DNA of 64,000 nucleotides from contig JBBQYX010000006.1 in NCBI GenBank assembly GCA_038208295.1, forward strand, positions 15,437 to 79,436, written 5' to 3'. The stretch is from Candidatus Nanopelagicales bacterium. GTDB taxonomy: Bacteria > Actinomycetota > Actinomycetes > S36-B12 > JBBQYX01. Shown piece by piece: positions 18,917 to 27,102 of this stretch (within the stretch, counting starts at the first letter, position 1; each line of letters begins with the position of its first letter). Under the pieces are notes generated by a model, which did no database searches, was not told where the DNA came from, and worked only from the letters and a program-made list of their open reading frames with translations. A program made the position numbers and the translations under genes.

Positions 18917-20671
18917 TCAGCCGGAGTGCGGCACGTGCAGCCGCCGACGCACTGAGGTAAGTCGGCGCGAGGACAGCCGCCCCCAGCCCCGCCCGCCCAG
19001 CAGCGCCGCGACCGCCAGCGTCGCCAGCACGGCCACCAGGATCACCGCGGCGGCCGCAGCTCCCCCGCCGCTGCCGGAATCCAGTTGGAGCACGGTCGGC
19101 TGCAGCGCGGCGTAGACCCCGGCGTCGACGCCGCCGCCCGCTGCAGCACCGGCCCCGGCGGCCCCACCGCCCACCGGGGCGGCCCCCACGCCGCCGACGG
19201 CCGCCACCGTTCCGGACCTGCCGGTCACCGTGCCACGGGCCGTCCCCGGCCCGGCGACCGTGCCACCACCCGGTGCCACGGTGCCGGCGCCGGGCAGGGC
19301 ACCGGTCGAACCGCCCGCCGTCGAGCCGGACCCGGCCGGAGTCCCCCCGCCGGTCGAGCCGCCGCCGGTCGGGCCACCGCCAGTCGGGCCACCGGCACCA
19401 CCCGCCGCAGGTGCACTGCCCCCGTCGAAAGTGCCGCTCCCGGGGACCGCACCCGCCCCCGGTGTCCAGGCCGCACTGCCGGGCAGGATGTCGGTGGCTC
19501 CCTGGCCCAGCGACCCGGTCAGCGCCGGGTTGGCACAGTTCGCCGCCGTGGGCGCCGGAAAGTTCGCGTGGCCCGGCACCTGCCCGATGGCGTCGAAGAC
19601 GACCTTGACCAGGTTGGCCGGCAACGGCGAGTAACCCAGGATCGTGGCCTTCTGCTGGCCGGCGCAGGCGAAGTACGCCATGAACTTCGAGATCACGTCA
19701 CCCTTGGCCGGATCCAGCCCAGTGGTAGGCACGATCATGTAGGAGTAGCTGGACATCGGGTAGACGTTCGGGTCGGGGTTGACATACACCGCGTCCAGGT
19801 TCTGCGTCTGGTCGGAGTTGAGCCGGGCCAGGGTTAGCGCCGTGGCGACGTTGCGCGACGTCGGCAGGACATAGCGTCCCGACCTGTTCTTCAGCGCCGC
19901 CACGGGGAAGCGTCGCTGGACCGCGTACCCGGTCTCGACGTACCCGATCGATCCGACGCCGGTGCCCGGGTTCGCCACGAAGTTCGCGACCCCGTCGGAA
20001 CCCTTCTGGGCGACGGAGTTGCTGAACGCAGGCCAGTTGGACGTTGATTCGGCGGGGATCCCCTGCTCCCGGGCGAACTTCCCCCAGATGCCGGAGGTCT
20101 GCCTGGCCAGATAGGCGGAGAACTGCGCCGATGTGCCCGACCCGTCGGACCGGATCACCGGCGTGATCGGCCGCTTCGGCAGTGCCTTGCCGTAGTCGGC
20201 CGTGATCACCGGGTCCGACCAGTCGGTGATCTGCCCCGTGAAGATCTTCCCCACGGTGTCCGGCGACAGCCGCAGGTCGCGGACCGCACGGCCGGCCGGG
20301 TCGGTCAGGTTGTACATGAACGAGGTGCCGCCGGCGACAATCGGCAGGTACGCCCAGGTTCGTCCGCGACCCTTCAGCTGACCGACCTCATCGGGCAGGA
20401 AAGGGATCTCCGAGACGGCGAAGTCCACCTGGTTGATGACGAAGAACTGCCGGCCGGCGCTGGACCCCACGCCGGAATAGTTGACGTTCAGCGCCTGTGC
20501 GCTGGCCACGTCGGCCCGCCACTGATCGACCGCGATCTGGCTCCAGGTGGATCCGGCCCCCGTGACAGTCGGGCCGTCGGCGAGGGCCGGCGGAGCGACC
20601 AGCACCACCGGAACGGCGGCGCTCACCAGGGCGAGCACCGCGGCGACAAGCCGCCGGGACGAGACCACCAT
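18917..20671 (-). CDS. PstS-family periplasmic-binding-fold protein with Gly-rich low-complexity tail, C-terminal TM helix and basic tail
   Basis: ATG at 20671 (MVVSSRRL) within ORF 18917..21094. Signal peptide ending ALADG. PstS-like motifs GAGSTWS, GVGSSAG, RSDGSGTS and LSPDTVGKIFTGQITDWSDP. The tail is about 130 aa of G/A/T/P-rich sequence, then AAAAAVILVAVLATLAVAALLGG and RLSSRRLTSVRRR. Confidence 0.8.
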   Translation of the reverse strand: MVVSSRRLVAAVLALVSAAVPVVLVAPPALADGPTVTGAGSTWSQIAVDQWRADVASAQALNVNYSGVGSSAGRQFFVINQVDFAVSEIPFLPDEVGQLKGRGRTWAYLPIVAGGTSFMYNLTDPAGRAVRDLRLSPDTVGKIFTGQITDWSDPVITADYGKALPKRPITPVIRSDGSGTSAQFSAYLARQTSGIWGKFAREQGIPAESTSNWPAFSNSVAQKGSDGVANFVANPGTGVGSIGYVETGYAVQRRFPVAALKNRSGRYVLPTSRNVATALTLARLNSDQTQNLDAVYVNPDPNVYPMSSYSYMIVPTTGLDPAKGDVISKFMAYFACAGQQKATILGYSPLPANLVKVVFDAIGQVPGHANFPAPTAANCANPALTGSLGQGATDILPGSAAWTPGAGAVPGSGTFDGGSAPAAGGAGGPTGGGPTGGGSTGGGTPAGSGSTAGGSTGALPGAGTVAPGGGTVAGPGTARGTVTGRSGTVAAVGGVGAAPVGGGAAGAGAAAGGGVDAGVYAALQPTVLQLDSGSGGGAAAAAVILVAVLATLAVAALLGGRGWGRLSSRRLTSVRRRLHVPHSG

Positions 20672-21483
20672 CAGCCGAACCTTCCGTTCACATAGTCCGC
20701 GGTACGCGAGTCCTGCGGGTCGCTGAACAACTGGTGGGTATCGCCGTGCTCGACGATGTAGCCCGGCCGGTTCTCGGCGGCGAGGAAGAACGCGCATTGC
20801 TGCGAGACCCGCTGGGCCTGCTGCATGTTGTGCGTCACGATCACGATGGTCACCCGCTGGGAGATCTCCGCCATCGTCTCCTCGATCACCCGGGTGGAGG
20901 TGGGGTCCAGCGCCGAGCACGGCTCGTCCATCAGGAGCACCTCGGGGTCCACCGCCAGGGACCGCGCGATGCACAGTCGCTGCTGCTGCCCGCCGGACAG
21001 CGCCCCGCCGGGTTGGTCCAGTCGGTCGGCCACCTCCCGCCACAATCCGGCCCGACGAAGTGACATCTCGGTGAGCTCGTCCTTGTCCGCGCACCTGATC
21101 CCGGCGAGCTTCAGACCCGACAGCACGTTGTCGCGGATCGACATCGCCGGGAACGGGTTCGGTTTCTGGAACACCATCCCGATCCGTTTGCGGGTCTCGG
21201 TCGCACGCATCTCGACGCCGTAGACGTCCTGGTGGTCCAGCAGTACCCGGCCGGCCAGCCGGGCGCCGGGGATCAGCTCGTGCATCCGGTTGAGGATCCG
21301 GAGAAACGTCGACTTGCCGCAGCCGGACGGGCCGATCAGGGCGGTCACCGTGCGCGGCGGCATCGCCAGGTCCACTCGGTCGAGCACCTTGCGCTCGCCG
21401 AACCAGGCACTGACCGCCTCGGCGACAATGCCGCCGCGTTCGGGGACGGAAACCGGTTCGAGAGCGTCCAGGGTCGCGGTCAC
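20671..21483 (-). CDS. PstB-type ABC ATPase, second copy
   Basis: GTG at 21483 overlaps the upstream stop (GTGA). [33 protein letters not shown] and the C-terminal [10 protein letters not shown] (PstB hallmark). Confidence 0.9.
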   Translation of the reverse strand: MTATLDALEPVSVPERGGIVAEAVSAWFGERKVLDRVDLAMPPRTVTALIGPSGCGKSTFLRILNRMHELIPGARLAGRVLLDHQDVYGVEMRATETRKRIGMVFQKPNPFPAMSIRDNVLSGLKLAGIRCADKDELTEMSLRRAGLWREVADRLDQPGGALSGGQQQRLCIARSLAVDPEVLLMDEPCSALDPTSTRVIEETMAEISQRVTIVIVTHNMQQAQRVSQQCAFFLAAENRPGYIVEHGDTHQLFSDPQDSRTADYVNGRFG

Positions 21484-22607
21484 GATCTCCTCCTCGCGAA
21501 ACGGCGGACCCGGGAACTCCCCGTTCGGGTCCGGCCGAGGTAACGGGCGATGCTGAACAGCAGCAGGACTATGAACACCAGCACGAATGCGCCGCCGTAG
21601 GCCCGTTCCTGCTGCGCGGCGAACGGGTTCGTGAGCAACTGGTACACCGACAGGGGCAGGCTGGCCTGAGCCCCGGCGAACGGGTTCGCATTCATCGCGG
21701 TCGAGCCGAACGATGTCATGATCAGCGGCGCGGTCTCTCCGACCACCCGGGCCACGCCCAGCACCACGGCCGTGATCAGCCCGGATCGCGCAGTGGGCAG
21801 CACGACGCTCCACACGGTACGGAACTCCGTGGAGCCCAACGCCAACGAGGCCTCGCGGAGCCCGTCGGGCACCAACCGGAGGACCTCCTCCGAGGTCCGC
21901 GCGATGGTGGGCAGCATCAGGACCGACAACGCCATCGCTGCCGCGAAACCGCTGAAGGAGAAACCGAACTGCACGATCCACACCGCGTAGATGAACAGGC
22001 CCGCAACGATGGATGGCACGCCACTCATGGCGTCGATGAACATGCGCACCGGCCGGCGCAGCGGGCCGCCGACCTCGTTCAGGAACACCGCGGTCAACAC
22101 ACCCAGCGGCACCGAGATGACCACGGCCAGCGAAACCTGTTGCAGGGTGCCGACCAGGGCATGCGCCAGGCCGCCGCCGGCGTCCAGGGTACCGGTGAGC
22201 GAGAGATCCCGGGTGAAGAAGTCGGGTTTCAGCGCCGCCACGCCGCGGCCGAACACGAACAGCAGGATCAGCATCAATGGGACCAACAGCATCGCCGTCC
22301 CCAGCGTCACCACGGTCGTTGCCACCCGGTCCCGGGCCGGCAGCCGACCCAGCGTGGCCCGACAGACCACCCAGTAGAGAGCCCAGAAGGCCAATAGCCA
22401 CAGGACCAGGAAGCCCGCAATACCGGTGGTGGGGAGCAACTGGGTCCACAGCAGCCAGACCACGGACAGGGACGAAACCGCCGCACCGAACAGCAGCATC
22501 CGGTCCTCGGTGGTCGAGCCGTGGATGTGCCGTTCGACCTCCGGAGATTCCAGCGGCCGCTCGCCCGTCACCGTGGTGCGTTCGGTGAGGCTCACAGTCC
22601 TATCCAT
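21480..22607 (-). CDS. PstA-type permease, second copy
   Basis: ATG at 22607 (MDRTVSL) in ORF 21480..22676. Multi-TM with [14 protein letters not shown]. Collinear with the canonical PstA at 9501..10574. Confidence 0.85.
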   Translation of the reverse strand: MDRTVSLTERTTVTGERPLESPEVERHIHGSTTEDRMLLFGAAVSSLSVVWLLWTQLLPTTGIAGFLVLWLLAFWALYWVVCRATLGRLPARDRVATTVVTLGTAMLLVPLMLILLFVFGRGVAALKPDFFTRDLSLTGTLDAGGGLAHALVGTLQQVSLAVVISVPLGVLTAVFLNEVGGPLRRPVRMFIDAMSGVPSIVAGLFIYAVWIVQFGFSFSGFAAAMALSVLMLPTIARTSEEVLRLVPDGLREASLALGSTEFRTVWSVVLPTARSGLITAVVLGVARVVGETAPLIMTSFGSTAMNANPFAGAQASLPLSVYQLLTNPFAAQQERAYGGAFVLVFIVLLLFSIARYLGRTRTGSSRVRRFARRRS

Positions 22608-22623
22608 TCGCTCGGTCCGGTGC

Positions 22624-23637
22624 TCACAGCTCCACCCCCGCACCGCTTCTCGACCGCGCCACGATCGCCGAGGCAACGAAGTTGACGGTCAGCGCCAGCG
22701 CGAACAGGGCCAGCCCGGCGGCCATCAGGGCTGACAACTGCAACGGGTCGGCCTCGCCGAAGCGCAGGGCGATCAGGGCGGCGACCGAGTTCGCTCCGGT
22801 CTGCAGCAGGTTGGGCCGGATCTCGAAGATCGGCGAGATGATCAGCGCCACCGCGATGGTCTCGCCCAGCGCCCGGCCCAGGCCCAGCATCGCGCCGCCG
22901 ATGATGCCGCCACGGCCGAACGGCAGGACGACCGCGCGCACCATGCCCCAGCGGGTGCTGCCCAGCGCCAGCGCCGCCTCCTTCTCTCCCGGCGGCGTCT
23001 GGCTGAAAACCTCCCGCACGACCGACGTGGTGATCGGCAGCACCATCAGCGACACGACCACCCCCGCGATGAACGCCGAGGACGAGTACGACTCCGCCGT
23101 GACCGCGAAGAACGGGATGAACGACAAGTGCGTCGACAGCGCCTGTGCCAGGGGCACCAGGTACTGCTGCAGGAAGATCAGTCCCCACATGCCGTAGATG
23201 AGGCTGGGAATGGCGGCCAGCAGATCGACCAGAGAGCGAAGCGGTCCGCGCAGCCGGCGCGGGGCATAGTCCGTCAGGTATAGCGCAGCCAGAATGCTCA
23301 GCGGCACCGCGATCACCAGGGCGATGAGCGCGATGACGACCGTCCAGTACAGGACCGCAGCGATCCCGAACGTGGGCGGCGTCCGGTCCGGATTCCACCT
23401 TTGCTCGGTGAAGAACGACCACCCCTGACTGGCCAGGGCTGGTTCGGCCCGGATGAGCAGAAACGCGCCGATCAGCACCAGAATCAGCAACGTGGCGATC
23501 CCGGCAGCCAGCGCGAAACCTCGGTAGACCCGGTCGACCCTGGTCCGGGCCGAGGTCAACTCGCGCGGTTGGTCCGCTTCGTTCTCCTCGATCGCGAGAT
23601 CCGAGTCGCCGAAGAACGGTTCCAGCGGCGACGACAT
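22624..23637 (-). CDS. PstC-type permease, second copy
   Basis: ATG at 23637 (MSSPLEPFF) in ORF 22624..24003. Multi-TM with KEAALALGSTRWGM. Collinear with PstC at 10574..11569. Confidence 0.85.
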   Translation of the reverse strand: MSSPLEPFFGDSDLAIEENEADQPRELTSARTRVDRVYRGFALAAGIATLLILVLIGAFLLIRAEPALASQGWSFFTEQRWNPDRTPPTFGIAAVLYWTVVIALIALVIAVPLSILAALYLTDYAPRRLRGPLRSLVDLLAAIPSLIYGMWGLIFLQQYLVPLAQALSTHLSFIPFFAVTAESYSSSAFIAGVVVSLMVLPITTSVVREVFSQTPPGEKEAALALGSTRWGMVRAVVLPFGRGGIIGGAMLGLGRALGETIAVALIISPIFEIRPNLLQTGANSVAALIALRFGEADPLQLSALMAAGLALFALALTVNFVASAIVARSRSGAGVEL

Positions 23638-23781
23638 GGGGCTCCTCGGTCGTGGATCGGCGCCGGTGTCGGTGGTTCGCTGTACGCAGTCCACCGGCGG
23701 GCGCATTGACGGCGGCCGCGCATAGGTGCGCCCCGGCTGCGCCGCAGAGCATCCGCGGCCTCGCGCAACGGCAGGGCGATA

Positions 23782-23814
23782 CCGGCGGGAACAAGCCGTG
23801 ACGAGCAGATGAAC
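23782..23814 (-). promoter_or_regulatory. Three consecutive 11-nt GTTCA-type units (GTTCATCTGCT CGTCACGGCTT GTTCCCGCCGG), PHO-operator-like
   Basis: Read on the minus strand, 145-177 nt upstream of the second pstC start, in the 254-nt divergent intergenic region. The periodicity is exact but the core conservation is only partial. Confidence 0.4.
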
Positions 23815-23891
23815 AGTCAGCGATCTGCGTTTGCACCGGCTTGACGCCATGCGGCGATGCCGCGCACCGTGCTCCCCGGTCCTGCCGAGCC

Positions 23892-25865
23892 ATGGCGGGG
23901 CCGTCGGCGAGACTGTGGGGAGTTGAGCGCGTGCGCGCCGGGACTCGTGCCGTGCTGGCCGCCGCCACGGCGGTGGTGACGGTGTTCTGCGGGATCCAAA
24001 CAATCCCGGCGTCCGCCGCCGCGAACTCGGGGCCGCGCACCGTCTCGGTCGTTCCGGCCGGCGGGCTGACCGACGACCAGACGCTCACCGTGTCCTGGTC
24101 GGGTTTCGCGCCGATCGCGGGCGTGGTGATCCGCCAGTGCGGCCCCGACCCCACCGAGGCGTCCGCCTGCAGCACGGCGCTGGTCGCCGGGGAGTCCTCC
24201 GACGAGTCCGGCCGAGGCACGGCCTCGATCCCGGTCGTCATCACCGACCCGGTGAACAACCGGCTCCTGGAGGGGGCACCGGAGGCGCGCTGCGACGCAA
24301 CGCATCCGTGCTCCATCGCCGTAGTGCCGCAGACCGCCCCCGATGACCTCAGCCAGGCAGCCATCGCGGCGATCACCTTCGCCAAGAGCCGCGCCGCCTG
24401 CCCTGAGCCGGGTGCCCTGACCCTGCGCGGGGAAGGCAGCGACAGCCTGGAACGGGCCATGCTCGCGTGGATCCCGCAGGTCTGCGACCCACCGCTGTCG
24501 GTGTCAGCCGACTACGTACCCAAGAACGACCCCAGTGGTGTGGAGGATGTGGCCTGCGGGCTGCGCGACATCGCGGGTGTCCAGGCGGCTCCCCCCGATG
24601 ACTCCTGCCCGTTCACCGGCAAGAGCCGGCCGGCGTCAGCGGTTGCGCCGGTGGCTGTTTCCGGGCTGGCCTTCGCGTTCAACATGCGCGACACCGACAC
24701 CGGGCGGCGCATCGATGCACTGAAACTCACCCCGGACGTCCTGGCCGAGATCTTCACCGGCCAGATCCTGTCCGGGCGCGATCCACGCATCACGAAACTC
24801 AACCCCGGCGTGAAACTGCCCACAAAACTGCGTCCCATCGCCCGCGCCGACCGCAGCCAGCTCACCGTGCAGATGTCCACGTTCTTCTGGCAGACCGCGC
24901 ACACGGCGTACACCTCCGGCGGTCCCGCGTTCAGCGCCGGGCCGATCGATGTCTTCCCCACGCTGGGCGGGGTGGACGCCCGCACCGGTGGCGACCCAGT
25001 GGCTCTCGCCGTCGCCCGACCGCCGGACAACAACCCAAAGTCGGACCCGACGTACGGCTACATCGGCGTGCTCGACACCAGCATGGCCGCTGCCTACGGG
25101 CTGCCCAGCGCCTCGATCCTGGGCACCGACGACAAGACGTGGGTACCGCCGACCGCCGACTCACTGGCCCGTGGGCTGGCCGCGATGAAGCCCGGTCCCA
25201 CCGGGACCCTCGTCGCGAACCCGGCACCCAAGGATCCGCGGGCGTACCGGCTGCCGGTCGTCTCCTACTTCCTGCTGCCTCCGGCCGATTCGCCGGCCAC
25301 GGTAACCGCGGCCGGGGTCCTGTTCACCGGCTGGGTGACCACCACCGGGCAAAGCAAGGACATCCTGCCGCTGGGCTACCTGGCATTGCCGCCGACGCTG
25401 GTCAGCCAGGCAGCCAACGCGTACGGACTGCGCGGGGACAGCAAGCGTGCGCCCGCCGCGGCCGACCCCAGCCCAGCACCTTCGGCCAGCGCCTCCGGCT
25501 CGGCGCCCTCGGCCGGTCCAGCCACGGCCGCCCCTGCCCCCGCGCCCGTCCAGCCCGGCGTCCCGGTCCCCGCATCGGTGGGGCCGGCAACTGCTCCGGT
25601 CGTCCCGATTGCCCCGACCGCCCTGGCTGCAGGCCAGCCGACCAACGCGCCCACGCGCCGGCCCAGCGCCTCGGCAGGCGTCACCGACCCGGTCATGGCC
25701 GCTCCCGACGCGGCAGTGCCGGCGGTCGTGACGACGTCGGTGTTCGCTCCGGCTGCCCCAGAGGGGCTGCCGGCATCATCCTGGTTGTTCCTCGCCCTCG
25801 TCTTCGGTGCCGTGACCGCGCTGCTGGCAGCGCCGCGCAGCCGCCGCCGCGGGAGCCAGTCGTGA
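23892..25865 (+). CDS. Exported multi-domain protein: neocarzinostatin-like N-domain, divergent PstS-like binding fold, Pro/Ala linker, sorting-signal-like C-terminus
   Basis: ATG at 23892 in ORF 23841..25865. Signal peptide ending PASAAA. TVSVVPAGGLTDDQTLTVSWSGF...VIRQCG...PCSIAV resembles the NCS/Ig-like domain. LTPDVLAEIFTGQILSGRDP matches the PstS-family motif. The tail is LPASS, then WLFLALVFGAVTALLAA, then PRSRRRGSQS. Confidence 0.75.
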   Translation: MAGPSARLWGVERVRAGTRAVLAAATAVVTVFCGIQTIPASAAANSGPRTVSVVPAGGLTDDQTLTVSWSGFAPIAGVVIRQCGPDPTEASACSTALVAGESSDESGRGTASIPVVITDPVNNRLLEGAPEARCDATHPCSIAVVPQTAPDDLSQAAIAAITFAKSRAACPEPGALTLRGEGSDSLERAMLAWIPQVCDPPLSVSADYVPKNDPSGVEDVACGLRDIAGVQAAPPDDSCPFTGKSRPASAVAPVAVSGLAFAFNMRDTDTGRRIDALKLTPDVLAEIFTGQILSGRDPRITKLNPGVKLPTKLRPIARADRSQLTVQMSTFFWQTAHTAYTSGGPAFSAGPIDVFPTLGGVDARTGGDPVALAVARPPDNNPKSDPTYGYIGVLDTSMAAAYGLPSASILGTDDKTWVPPTADSLARGLAAMKPGPTGTLVANPAPKDPRAYRLPVVSYFLLPPADSPATVTAAGVLFTGWVTTTGQSKDILPLGYLALPPTLVSQAANAYGLRGDSKRAPAAADPSPAPSASASGSAPSAGPATAAPAPAPVQPGVPVPASVGPATAPVVPIAPTALAAGQPTNAPTRRPSASAGVTDPVMAAPDAAVPAVVTTSVFAPAAPEGLPASSWLFLALVFGAVTALLAAPRSRRRGSQS

Positions 25866-26851
25866 GCGCACCCACGGACCACGTCCGGGAAATGATTCCG
25901 CCACCGACCGCGCCAGTGCCGACGGCGGAACTGCTGGCGGCGGACGTGGAAAATCTTCCGGACGACCCTTTCGAGACGCCCGAGCCGCCGCCCGTGGCCG
26001 CCGTCGCCCGCTACTCCGACTCCCGGTGGCCCCGTCCGACGCGGGCGCAGCTGCTGCTGGGCGTCGGCGTGTTGATTGTTTCCATGCTCGCCGTGCAGTT
26101 CCTGCTCGGCGCGCCCCTGCAGGCGCGCAGCCAGACCGTGCTGCACCAGCAGTTCGCCGACAAGCTCGCCACCGCTGCATCGACCGCCGGCCAGGTCGGC
26201 CTGTCCCCCCTACCGCCGTACCCCCCGGCCACCGGCGAGCCGGTGGCCCTGCTGCGGATCCCGGCGCTCGGGCTCAGCCAGGTGGTCACCGAAGGGGCGG
26301 ACGGGGCCACCCTGCAGAACGGCCCGGGTCACGTCCCCGGGACCGCCGGGCCGGGCGAGCCGGGCAACTCAGTCATCAGCGCGCACCGAACCGCATGGGG
26401 CGCCGCATTCCGCGGGCTGACCGGGCTGCGCGTCGGCGATCCGATCGCTGTCACCACCGTCGCCGGTACAGCCCGCTACATCGTCACCGGCACCGGGACG
26501 CCGGACCCGTTGGCGCTGACCGCCGACAACCGGCTCACCCTGGTCACCTCCGACCCGCCGCTGCTCGCATCGACCGACTACGCGGTGAGCGCTGCGTTGC
26601 AGGGGGCGCCGTTCCCGCCCACCGCTCAGAACGGCCTCGTCGACCGGCCGTTGCACTCCGGGTCACCGGCCGCGTGGGCGCAACTGGTGTTCTGGCTGTC
26701 CCTGGGGTTGGGCCTGCTCGCCGCCGTCGTCGTGGCGCTGCGCATCGGGCTGGCGCGACCCGTCATCTGGCTGCTGGCGACCCCGCTGGCCCTGGCCCTA
26801 CTGGTCGTGCTCACCCGGACCCTGGACACGTTCCTGCCCCCGACGCTGTGA
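25862..26851 (+). CDS. Sortase-fold membrane protein lacking the catalytic Cys (class E-like, TLVTS variant)
   Basis: GTG at 25862 overlaps the upstream stop (GTGA). N-terminal TM helix. GHVPGTAGPGEPGNSVISAHR matches the sortase His region. RLTLVTSDP replaces TLxTC(H)P. The translated 329 aa contain no Cys. Two extra C-terminal TM helices. Confidence 0.7.
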   Translation: MSAPTDHVREMIPPPTAPVPTAELLAADVENLPDDPFETPEPPPVAAVARYSDSRWPRPTRAQLLLGVGVLIVSMLAVQFLLGAPLQARSQTVLHQQFADKLATAASTAGQVGLSPLPPYPPATGEPVALLRIPALGLSQVVTEGADGATLQNGPGHVPGTAGPGEPGNSVISAHRTAWGAAFRGLTGLRVGDPIAVTTVAGTARYIVTGTGTPDPLALTADNRLTLVTSDPPLLASTDYAVSAALQGAPFPPTAQNGLVDRPLHSGSPAAWAQLVFWLSLGLGLLAAVVVALRIGLARPVIWLLATPLALALLVVLTRTLDTFLPPTL

Positions 26852-26941
26852 CCTGACGGCCACCGCATTGCGGTGCAGATTGGCGGCGGCAACCCGAGTT
26901 TCTGACCGGTCCGGAACCAGGTCAAACTCCTTGCCGGGTGA

Positions 26942-26963
26942 GTTCATCATTCGTTCATCATCG
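26942..26963 (+). promoter_or_regulatory. PHO-box-like operator: GTTCATCATTC GTTCATCATCG (two exact-period 11-nt direct repeats)
   Basis: Lies in an AT-richer intergenic patch 140-160 nt upstream of the GTG at 27103, in the same orientation as the downstream PstS-like gene. Confidence 0.5.
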
Positions 26964-27102
26964 CGATACGTGTGATACCGCGAACTGATCCCGGTCGATT
27001 CCCTGGAGCCGTCATAGTTCGCCCGGCCCGGGCTCGACCGGGCCCGGGCCCCCAACCCGGTGGCTCGTCTTCGTCCACGCCCTGCGTGAAGGGAACACCC
27101 AC

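Noticed and set aside
26798-27055. 85-aa minus-strand ORF in the AT-richer spacer before the third PstS-like gene
   Set aside because: Poor codon usage for this genome, and it overlaps the putative PHO box and promoter region. More likely non-coding.
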